DNA of 64,000 nt, from the NCBI GenBank assembly GCA_013239625.1, contig MU053758.1, positions 310,001 through 374,000 on the forward strand, given 5' to 3'. The notes under the pieces were generated by a model. It did no database searches and was not told the origin of the DNA. It saw only the letters and a list, made by a program, of their open reading frames with translations. Shown piece by piece: positions 50,520 to 62,000 of the stretch. Source of the DNA: Lama guanicoe (Eukaryota). Numbering within the stretch: the first letter of the stretch is position 1; each line of letters begins with the position of its first letter. The position numbers and the translations under genes are program-made.

Positions 50520-50999
50520 TTTTTCAGTCTGCAGAAGAAAAAAAAAAAATCCATTGACAGCCTGGTTGTTTGCTTATAGTGACGACCTTCGGTCGTCCCC
50601 TTCACCCGGCCTGTCGTCCCCGGACCACGCTCTTCCTCGAACCGTGCCCCAGATGAGGAGAACATTAGAGGTCAGAGGGACAGCGCGAACTCCCGGTCCA
50701 CCACTTTTAGAGCGACAGGTCTGCAAAGGAAGGTCATGGAGATCGAAAGTAGAGGAAGGAGACCCGAGCCCCAGGAGGGAAATGTTGCCCAAAGAGAATG
50801 GTCTCGCGGGAAGACTGGAGGCAGAAACTAGGCAGGTGCCGCTCAGGCTCCTGCCCATTTTACACAGCTGTCCACGGCCTGCTGGGACAGTTAATCGATC
50901 ATTACCGTTGGTAATTAACATTGTTAAGGCTATAGACCCCCATCGCCTTTCCCGGCCCGAGGGGCAAATGCCCCTCCACATAACCCTGCCGCTTGATGG

Positions 51000-51730
51000 C
51001 TTTCGGCCCCAAGTCACCTGCACTCCCACTGCCCTGCTGCCCCTGCTAGGACCACAGCGCTCGCCCGGCTCAAGGTGACTGACTCACCTCCCGGCTTTAG
51101 CCCTAGGACTCAGAGCTCAGCTACCCGACCCACGTGTCCGGGGCTCCCCCAACTCTCATTGGCCGCAATCCCCCACGCCTTCATTGGTTAACACCCTCAA
51201 GTCCTCCTTTCTTAGTGGTTTTCCGCAGCTTCTTCCTTTCTCTCCACAGGAGCTTCGTGGCAGTTCCCGCCTCCATGCGGGTAAAGGCGGGGTTTTTCTC
51301 CGAGATCTGGCTTCCGATTGGTCAATCCCTGAAGTGTTCGACCATAGAGTCGGCTGGACTCAGAGGTTCCGTAACATCCCGCACAAAATGGCGGCCAAGG
51401 TGGAAAGCTGCAGAAAAAGGCGTGGGAGAATATGACCGGACGCCTTCCGCAGAAAGACACATGACCTTGGACCTTAGCCTTCATTCGAGCGCTCGAGCCT
51501 TGAGGCGCGTTGCATGTTGGGATTTGTAGGCTGGTCAGCCCCCTCAGTTTCCGCGCCCCGCCCCATTCCCGGACGGCAGAGATCCCGCGAGATGTTCTTC
51601 CCGAGGCTGGGAGAGCCAACGCCTTTGGAGCAATTCGCGCCCTAGTGATTCGAAGAAGTGTAGCGTCCGCTGAGGAGCTTAAAGATCGATTGCCGGCTCG
51701 GAACTTCGCTAGTGGGCGAACGCGCTTATG
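51000..51730. promoter_or_regulatory. ATP5MC1: ATP5MC1 CpG-rich promoter
   Basis: Three CCAAT boxes on the minus strand (ATTGG at 51158, 51183, 51317), E-box CACGTG 51131-51136, YY1 motif AAAATGGCGGC 51385-51395, ERR-type TGACCTTG 51462-51469. Confidence 0.8.
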
Positions 51731-52323
51731 TGGACCTTTGCTGGTGTTGAGCAGTCATGTACTAGCAACCAGTTGGTTTCTGTTTTTTAAAAAAAAAAAT
51801 TTCGTGTTGTGACAACATTCTAAGGATAAAACACTTAATACCCTCATAGAGAACCGACCAAAGGATAGGAACAGGTAGTTCACTGAAGAAGAAATATAAA
51901 TGGAAGGAAAGAATGTTCTGCTTCACTATTCAAAGAAATAGAAGTTTAAACTGAACATTTCACATTTATCGAAAGAACACAGTTCTTTTTATTAATGTGA
52001 GCCAGGCACTTCTGTACTGCTGATGAGAGTATGAGTTGGAGCTTTTCTTGAAAGCAGTTTGGCATTGCTGACTGAAAGGCTTTGAATGGTCCATCCTGTT
52101 TGACCCAGAAATTCTTGAGGAATTGGGAGCCTTTAAACTCTCCATCCTCTTTGACGCAGAATATCACAGAAATCTATCCTGGAGAAAAAAAATCAGAAAT
52201 GCAAAGATTTTCTTCAAAGGATGTACCTTGCAGAGTTTATCAAAATTGGAAACAAGTAAATGATAGTTAAGTAATTTATGATAATTTCACTTGATGAAAT
52301 AAGCAGACATTTTAAATCATCTC

Positions 52324-53082
52324 TTTTGTTTGTTTGTTTTTCAGCTTAAGTAATAAAAATTTATTAAGAATTCCTGGAATGATGGTTGTCATCTCCCAGC
52401 CTCGAGGGAAGAACCAACACTAGAAAATCACCGAGACATCACACACTATCCCAACACCCCTGGCCAACATAAGGGAGGTTAGTCATTTCTCTGAAAATGA
52501 GTCAGTTGTCATTTATTCAAAAAGAGTTGGAGGGCAGATGCAGAGGGGACCATCACATGATACTGAGGCAGCATGAGGGTGTACTAAACCCCAAACTGCC
52601 TCCTCAAAAACCAGAAGAGAAAGAGATCCACTTCTCTGTGAGTTGAGTTCTTGATCACCAGGCTCAATGATTACCCTTGATGTAGCTATCACTTTGAGGT
52701 GAAACTTTCTCATGAAGTGAAATTTTTATGCTGTCGGTTCAGTACAAGCTTGTCAGCGGTGAGATAGAAAGGATTCTGTGATGGAGTGATTATCTTGTAG
52801 ATGTTCTGGGCTGCCCGGATCTTGTGCTATTTTGATGTAGCCAGAGTTCTTGCCTAGTGCTTCTCTGAGGCAAGTATGGTGGGGTAAAGGGTTCACCCAA
52901 GGTCAAGTCTCAATCCCTGGCCTCATCCTTACTCCCCTCACCCCAGCCCTCCTCTGGAGTGTCAGATATAAGATTGCATTCAGGAGGCTTGTGTCTGGCC
53001 CTATTTTGGTCCCTACCTGTGAACTTCCCTGCAGGCAGCTGCCAGGAACAGGAGGAAGCTTTAGAAACTGAGGCAAGTCCAG
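52324..53082 (-). pseudogene. 5'-truncated PHB2 (prohibitin-2) retrocopy, frameshifted, with 3'UTR and degraded poly(A)
   Basis: Minus strand 52869-52664 reads LREALGKNSGYIK/(frameshift)[36 protein letters not shown]...SDSYIKGNH*. This matches the PHB2 C-terminus ([62 protein letters not shown]). AATAAA at 52360-52365, A-rich tail 52324-52341, imperfect TSD (52313-52325 / 53083-53095). Confidence 0.9.
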
Positions 53083-56000
53083 TAAAGCCATGTTTCAGGA
53101 GTATTTTATACTGAGAAAAATTTCATGATGTAAGGCAAATTTTAAAGATGGAAATGCAGAACTGTGTAGTATTGTGAAAAAAATGGAAAAAAGATGAAAA
53201 GAAAATAAAACAGTATTAATAGTCAATTCTAGATGGTGTAATAAGATTAATTTATATTTTTATGAGCATGTATTAAATGTATAATAGAAATATATTAACA
53301 TTTATGCTAATCTGGAAAGTCAAGACTCTGGACTCTTAGAAAAAATATAAGATTGAGACTTCAGATATCCTGCCAAAATTGTATAATGGAAAGAATGTGG
53401 AGTTTTGAAATCATGAAGACTTGAGTTCCTATCCTGGCTCTACCATATAACTGGATATGTGTATCTGAGCAGATTACCAAATCTCTTTTGACTTTAGCGC
53501 AGAAAGTTACCATTTATCGAGGACTTATCACATGGCAAGCATTGTGTTAGGTTCATTCACCTGTAATAGGATTTAATCCTTACAAAAATCCTTTAAGTGG
53601 GTATTAGTATCCCCATTTTACAGATTTCTCCATGTTACAGAACATCTTTTTTCAAGTTTGGCATATTTGGTAAGAAGTGAAATCAGTATTTGAACCGAGG
53701 TAGGTCTGGGTCCAAAGCATTTAACCATTAGCTCTTGAGCCTCCCTAAAACTGGAGAACCTATAAAACAAGGTTAATACTACTTACCTTATAGAAATATG
53801 AGATAAAATAAATGCCAGGCGTAGGTCAGTGTTTGGTGAATATTCCCTGCCTGTTACTACTCTAGGACAGGTTATATTTTCATGGGGGTCATCCCTAACT
53901 TTGTCTCCACATATTAATTTTTTTTTCATAAACAGATTTATCACACAGCTCTACTCATAGCACACGTTCAAAATTGTCAAGTTTATCCTATGACCTGCTG
54001 GAAATCAGGCAGTTCAGTGCCATGTTTAGAATGTGGATTTTGGAGTTAAATAAGCAGGATTCAGATCCTAGCACTGCTACTTACTGTTGTGTGATTTGGG
54101 GCAAGACTCAACCTCTCTAAGGCTCTGTTGTCATCTATAAATGGGAGATAACTCTTTGTCAACAGTATTGTTAAGAGTAATTGAGCTAGTACATGTGGAG
54201 GTGCTCCTTTAATTATTGAAGTAAAAGGTGCTGGTAAACTAGGAGAGGATGTGGGAAGTGGAAGGTAGTTGGGAAACCTCAAATCCAGATCTGACATCTT
54301 GGGGGTTGTACCAGCTGTCTTGGAGAGGCCCAAAAACTTCTGTAGGAACTCTGAGAGGATTTCTGAGTAGGCAGAAAAGCTTTTGATGAAGGTGACAAAG
54401 GGTAAACTTGTGGGTAATAAGCCATCAGGTCCCTCTTTCCAAAGGCATTTCTGACTGTCTTTAAAACCCACCTCTTCCACCCAGAGTCTCATTTCACATC
54501 TTCACTTCCTTTGAGCCCAGTTCTTCACTCTTCCTTTAGAAGTTCATTTCTGAGCACTTAACAGCTCCAAGCACCGCACTTGGTGCTGGAAGTACACAGA
54601 TGAATAAAACCAGTTTTCACACTAAAGAAACTCAAAATTAGCAAGAAAATAAATAGGTAAATAAATGCTTAAAGCTATTACCTTAATAAGCACAACAAGA
54701 AAACTACCTGCAAAATACAAAGAAGGGAGGGACTAAGTCCACCTGGAGAGAAACAAGGAAGGTCTTTTTGAAAAGAAGAAAAAGATTTCTGGGCTGAGTT
54801 TTGAGGATAAACATATGTTGGCTAGATAGATCAAGGGAGAGAGTGACAATGGAAGACACTCTTCCAGGCAGAGTGAACAGTATGTGTAAAAACACAGGAA
54901 AGTTTGGTATGCCCAATCTTAGACCAGTCAGTCATGGCCAGGGGACAGCTGCATTATGACTGCCACATTTCCATTTCTGGCAATATGGCCAGACCAAGTA
55001 TTCTGAAAATCCTCTGCCACACACCTAAAAAGTTACATAAAATATAACAAGTATATTTTTAAATGCAGAGCCTTGTTTTTGACAGCTAAAAGAAAATGTA
55101 TTCTATATTATATCCGAATTACCAATTTCCCACAGTCTGAAAAAATACCTCCTTTGCCAAATGACCCAGCTGGTGATGATATATTCTGTAACAACAATAC
55201 TAACAAATATAAAAGGAGAGTTTCTTTGGCGGGGGTAAGGAGAGAGATGATTCATGGTGATAAATGCTAGCTTTTAAATGCATAGCTGAGCTCACAAGAA
55301 AGTAAGGCGAGTCCTTAGGGACCTAAAACAAAGAGAGAACATAAAACCAAGGCATTAAACATGTAATATTAAACTGAAGCCGCCATGGCTGGGAATATAG
55401 TGGGATAGAGATAGGGGTATCAGTCACAGAAATTAAGTGACTTGAGTTTTAATCCCCTGTAGGGAGAGAAGGGTTTGGAATCTGTATAAGATAAGGAGTT
55501 AGAATTGAAATTTCCAAATAAAGCTAAGGTCCTCAAAAGGCTACACCTTTTGAAGGATGGACTTCAGATGTGGACTACCATTCACAGGGAGGTAAGAAGG
55601 AAGCTTGTCTGCCTATTCTTGGGTCTGGGTGGGGACAAAAAACTTTCCTGAGAATTTATAATGACAAGATTATACTTTATGTTGAATTCAAATCTATACC
55701 CTGCGTCCAGGAATGTCCAAGCTAAGGAATTGACATTAAAAGTGGTTCTAGGCTGGGGATGTCCCTGGGACAAAACAATGTAAAACTCCTCTGGGCCCAT
55801 GCAGAATTCCCACAGTAACTGAAAAGTGATCTTCACAAAGAAACAATCCACAATGAGCAAGGATCAGCAAACATAACAAAAAGCAAGAATTTCTGGTAAC
55901 ACAATGTTCAGAAGGCAACTCAGCTTACAGGAGATAGTAAAATATTGTGATTAAGAGTATGGACTTTAAAGCCAGACTGCCAGTATTCTAGTCCAGGCAT

Positions 56001-56689
56001 TCTACTTACTGTCCAGGTGATCTTGGGCAAGTTGATTAATTTCTCTTTCCACCACTTCCTTTCACAGGGTTGTCATGAGGATTAAACAAATTAGTATCTA
56101 TAAAGTAACCAGACATAGTGTCACAGATGTGTTTATTGTTATTTAAAACTAAGTATGTTTACAAAGACATAAAGAAAAAAATCAAGATGGTATAAAAAAG
56201 AACTTGCAGATTTGAAAAAGAAATAAATGGAACTTTAAAGAATGAAAAGCATAGTAATTAAAATTAAGAAAAAACTTAATGGATAGGCTAAAAAAGAGAT
56301 TAATGGCAGTTGAAGTTCAGCTGAAAATAGGTCTGAGAAAATTATTCAGGTTCAAATACAAAGAAATAAAAGATCAAAAGTATGAAAAGGAGGTTAAGGG
56401 ACATGGAAGGCAGAATGAGAGCTAACATACATCTGATTAGTATATTAGAAGGAGAGAATAGAGAAAATGGGAAAGAGTCAGTATTTGGAAATATAATGGC
56501 TGAGAAATTTACAGACTGTTGAAAGACACGAATCCTTTGGTTTAGGAATCTCAACAAATCCCAAGTACAACAGTTATATAGAAAAAGAAAAATCCACTAC
56601 TATTCCCATTTTAGTCAAACTGCAGACCACTCTACAAAGAGAAGATACTAAAAGCTACCACAGAGAAAAAACAATTTATCTACAATGGA

Positions 56690-57575
56690 AAGTTTCACTG
56701 AGAAGGTAACATTTGAACAAAGACTTGAAGGAGAGGTGGTAAGGCATAAGGATATCTGGGGAGAACATATTCCAGGCAGAAAGAACAGCAAATACAAAGG
56801 TCCTGTGGCAAAAGCCTGATTAACATATTCTAGGAATAGGGATAGACCAGTTTGGACAGAGAGGAGGGAGCAAGAGGGCGTATCATTGGAGCTGAAGTCA
56901 GACAGATAATGGTGGTAGGAATAGGGGTGGGAGAGGAGGCCTTGTAAATGTTAGCTTTATACGAATTTTGGCTTTTACTCTGAGTGAAATCATGACCCAT
57001 TAGAGAGTTTTGAGTAGAGAAGTGACATAGTCTGACTTATGTTCTAAAAGTATAACTCTGAGAATTGAGTATTGAGGCAGAGGTAGGGAGATGGGGGACA
57101 AACAGCGATGCCAACTGGTGGTTATTGTAATAACTTAGATGAGAGATAGTGTGGCTTTGCCAACATGGTAGCAGTGGAAGTGGTAAGAAATTATAGGATT
57201 CTGGTTTTAATTTGAAGGTAGAGACAACATAACCACTATGAATGAATGACAAGGATAAGCGAATGAGAGGAATTAAAGATGACTTCAAGGCTTCTAGCTT
57301 GAATAGCTGGAATAATGGAGTTGCCATTAACTGAGATAAAGTTTGACCATGATTACAGCAAGGTTTTTTTTTTTTCTTGGAAAGTGGGATTAAGATTTCA
57401 ATTTTATCATATTAAGTTTGAGATGACTGTTATACATTTCAAGTGAGGGACAACATTTAGGCATTTGAATATATGAGTGTGGGGTCTAGGAGAAATCTGG
57501 GCTCAAAATATGTATTTGGGAATCATCAGTACATAGTTGGCATTTAACATCCTGAGACTAGATGAGATCATCAAA
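56690..57575. mobile_element. L2 fragment
   Basis: ctgagaaggtaacatttgaacaaagacttgaagg...ttttggcttttactctgagtgaaat...gagactagatgagatcatcaa motifs. Confidence 0.75.
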
Positions 57576-58432
57576 GAGTGTATCACACCTAGGCATATTG
57601 TAGCCAAACTGTCAAAAGACAAAGATGAAGAGAGAGACTTCAAAGCAGCAAGAGAAAAGTGACTCATCATGGACAAGGAATCCTCAATAAGATTAACAGC
57701 TGATTTCTCACCATAAACTATGGAGGCCAGAAGTTAGTGGGAGATCACGTTTAAAGCGCTGAAAGAAAAGGACTGTCAACCAAGAACTCTATATCTAGCA
57801 AAAATATCCTTCAAAGGCCATAGGAGAAATTAAGACACTCCCAGATAAATAAAGACTGAGAAAATTCATCACTACAGAATTGCCCTACAAGAAATACTAA
57901 AGGGAAGTTCTTCATGCTGAAATGATAGGGCCCTAGACAGTAATTCAAATCCACATGAAGAAATAAAGAGCATTACAAAAGTAAATAGATAGGTAAATAT
58001 AAAAGACAATATAAATGTATTTTTTAATAATTCTTCTCTTCTACCTGACTTAATAGACAATTACATACTAACCATTAAATACAAAATAGATAAACAAGTT
58101 CCTTCTGTATAGCATGGGAACTACATTCAATATCTTGTAGTAACCTACAATGAAAAAGAATATGAAAATGAATATATGTGTTTATATGTATGACTGAAAC
58201 ATTATGCTGTACACCAGAAGTTGACACATTGTAAACGGACTATACTGCAATTAAAAAAAGAGAAAAAGAGACAGTTACATAAAACAATAATTATAAAGTT
58301 GTGTTAATAGGGTCCTTAATATCTAAAAATGTAGTTTATAAGACAGTAATAATAGAAAGGAGAGGGGAAGGCGTTAAGCTATCCTGGAGTAAAGTTTTTG
58401 TATACTATCAAAATTAAGTTAGTATTAATCTG

Positions 58433-58531
58433 GGGGTGGAGGATATAGCTCAGTGGTAGAGTGTGTACTCAGTGTGCACAAGGTTCTGGGTTCAATCCCC
58501 AGTGCCCCCATTAAGGGGAAAAGAAAAAAAG
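58433..58531 (+). mobile_element. Vic-1-like SINE nested in L1
   Basis: Perfect 16-bp TSD agttagtattaatctg at 58417-58432 and 58532-58547. Confidence 0.9.
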
Positions 58532-58891
58532 AGTTAGTATTAATCTGAACCACTTTATTTTAAGTTGAGATGTTAATTATAATCTTCAGGATAACCATTA
58601 AGAAAGTAACTTTTTAAAATACAGTAAAAGAAACAACAAGAGAGTTAAAATGACATACTAGAAACATCTATTTGACACAAGGGAAGAAATTCACAAATAT
58701 GTGGGAATTAGAAAATATGTCCCTGAATAATTAATGAGTCAAACAGGAAGCCTCAATGAAAATTAGAAAACACTTTGAGATAACTGAAAACAAAAACACA
58801 ATGTACCAAACGTCATAGGATGCAGCTAAAGCTGTACTTAGAAGTAATTTTATAGCTATAAATACCTATATTAAAAAATAAGGAAGATCTC

Positions 58892-59052
58892 GGGGTGAGG
58901 GTATAGCTCTGTGGTTAGAGTACATGCTTAGCATGCATAAGGTCCTGGGTTCAATCCCCAGTACCTTCATTACAATAACTAAGTAAATAAATAAACCTAA
59001 TTACCCCCCAAACAAACAAACAAACCAAAAAACCCCCAAACAAACAAAAAAA
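58892..59052 (+). mobile_element. Vic-1-like SINE nested in L1
   Basis: A/B boxes, (caaa)n tail, TSD ggaaga(t/c)ctc. Confidence 0.88.
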
Positions 59053-62000
59053 GGGAAGACCTCAAATCAACAACACAATCTACTTCAAGAAACTAGAAAA
59101 AGAAGAGAAAACTAAACCCAGAGCAAGCAGAAGAAAGGAAATAATAAAGATAGCATGGAAATAAATGAAACAGAATAGATGATAGAGAAAATCAACAAAA
59201 CTAAAAGTTAATTCTTTGAAAAATTAACAATATTGACAAACCTTTAGGTAGACTAACCAAGAAAAACAGAAGACAAATTGCTAAAATCAGGAATGAAAGA
59301 GGAAATGTCACTATTGGCCTCACAGAAATAAAATGGATTATAAGGGAATACTATGAACAATTATATGCCAATAAATTAGATAACTTAGATGACATGGACA
59401 AATTCCTAGAAAGACACAAACTACTGAAACTGACTCAAAAAGAAATAGAAAATCTCAACAGACTTATAACAAGTAAAGAGATTGAATTAGTAATTTTTAA
59501 AAAGTCCCAAAAAGGAAAACCCAGGCCCGGGTGGCTTCACTAGTGAATTCTACCAAACATTTAAAAAACTAATATCAATCCTTCACAAACTCTTACAAAA
59601 GATAGAAGAGAAGGGAACATTTCTCAACTCATTCTATGGGACCTGCATTACCGTGATACCAAAACCAGATAATGACATCACAAGAAAACTACAGACCAGT
59701 ATCTTTTATGAATATGGATGCAAGGGCCTTCAACAAAATACCATCAAATCAAATACAGCAACACATAAAAAGGATTATATGCCATGACTGAATGGGATTT
59801 ATCCTAGGAAAGCAAGGTTGGTTTAACATACAAAAACAATTTTTTAAACATTTTTTATTGAGTTATAGTCATTTTACAATGTTGTGTCAAACACACAAAA
59901 ACAATTAATGCAATACAACATACTAATAGAATAAAGAACAAAATCCACATGACCATGTCAATAGATGCAGAAAAAGCATTTGACAAAGTCCAACATCCTT
60001 TCATGATAAAAAATTCAATAAACTGGGAATAGAAGGGAACTTCCTCAACTTGATAAATGCTGTCTATTAAAAACCCACTGCTAACATCATACTTAATGGT
60101 GAAAGACTGGATACTTTCCCCCTAAGAGCAGGAACAAGACAAAGATTTCTGCTTTTACTGCTTCTAGTCAACATTGTATTGGAGGGTCTAGCCAATGTAC
60201 CAAAATTAGAAATGAAAAAGAAATAAAAGACATCTGTATTAGAAAGGAAGAAATAAAACCATACCGATTTGCAGATGACATGATCTTGTATATAGAAATT
60301 CCTAAGGAATTCTCCCAAATCTATTAGAACTAATAAACAGGTTCAGCATGTGGCAGAACTCAAGATCAATACGCAGAACTCAAGATCAATACACAGAAAT
60401 CAACTGTATTTCTGTATAGTAGCAACGAACGACCCAAAAGGAAATTAAGAAAACAGTTTGATTTACAATAGCATTAAAGAAAATAAAATTATCAGAAATT
60501 AATTTAGTAAAATAAGTATAAGACTTGTACACTAAAAAGTATAAATATCATTGAAAGAAATTAAAGAAGACATCCCAGGTTCATAGATTGGAAGACTTAA
60601 CTTTGTTAAAATGACGATGCTCCCCAAACTGATCTACACATTCAGTGCAATCTCTATCAAAATCCCAGCTGACTTCTTTACAGAAATTGAAGAGCTGATG
60701 CTAAAAATCATATGAAAATCCAGGTTCCCAGAACAGCAAAAACAGTCTTGAAAAAGAAGAACAAAGTCTGAGACTCTCACCTGCCAATTTCAAAACTTCT
60801 ACAAACTACAGTGATCAAGACAGCGTGGTACTAGCATAAGGTTAGACAATAGATCAATGTAATTATTGAATCTGGAAATAAATCCTTATTGTAGTAAACT
60901 CATTTTCAACAAGAGTTCTAAGACAACTCAGTGGGAAGTGTGGGAAGAATACTAGTGTCAACAAATGGTTCTGGGAAATTGGATATCCACATGCGAAAGA
61001 ATGAAGTTGAGCCCCTGCCTCACACCATGTACAAAAATTAATTCAAAATGGATGACAGACCTAAATATGAGAGTTAAAACTATAATACTTTAGAAGAAAA
61101 AGAGATGTAAATCTTCATGACCTTGGCTTAGAGACTATTTTTTTAAGATATGACACCAAAAGCACAAGTAACAAAAAAATAAGATAAACTCGACATGATC
61201 AACATTAAAAACTTTTGTTTTTTGAAGGATACCTTCAAGTTTGTGAGAGGACAGCCCACAGAATGCAAGAAAACTTTGCAAATCATATATTTGATGAGAC
61301 ATACCTAGGATATATGAAGAATTTTTACAACTTAACAATAAAAAATCAAATAGCCAATTTTAAAATGGGCAAAGGATCTGAAGGGACATTTCTCCAAAGA
61401 AGATATTCAAATGGCCAATAAGCTCATGAAAAGATGTTCAGTCATTTGCCATTAATTGAAATACAAATCAAAACTGCAATGAGATACCACTTTATACCCA
61501 CTATGATGGGCATACTCAGGAAGACAAAAAAATAACAAGTGTTGGTGAAGATATGGAGAATTCAGAACCCTCAGCGCATCCCTCATGCACTGCTGGTAGG
61601 AATATAAAATGGTGCAGCCACTTTGGAAAATAGTTTGGCAGTTTCTCAAAGCATAGAATTACCATATGACCTAGCAATTCCACTTTAGTATATATCCAGA
61701 AATGAAAGAGAAATCAGAATGTATGTCACTACCTAGAGATTATGATACTAAGTGAAGTAAGTCAGACAGAGAAAGACAAATATCATTTGATATCACTTAT
61801 ATGTGGAATCTCAAAAAATGATGCAAATGAGCTTATTTACAAAACAGAAAAAGAAAACAGACATAGAAAACAAACTTATGGTTACCAAAGGGGAAAGCTG
61901 GGGGAGGGATAAACTGGGAGTTTGAGATTAGCAGATACAAACTACTATATACAGAGTAGATAAACAACAACTTGTAATAACCTGTAATGAAAAGAGTATG

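Noticed and set aside
50449..51078. 209-aa + strand ORF
   Set aside because: Antisense across ATP5MC1 intron 1 and the promoter; GC-rich, no recognisable homology.
58433..58510. tRNA-like sequences with A and B boxes (here and at the other SINE heads)
   Set aside because: Followed by A-rich tails and flanked by TSDs with divergent stems, so they are SINEs rather than tRNA genes.
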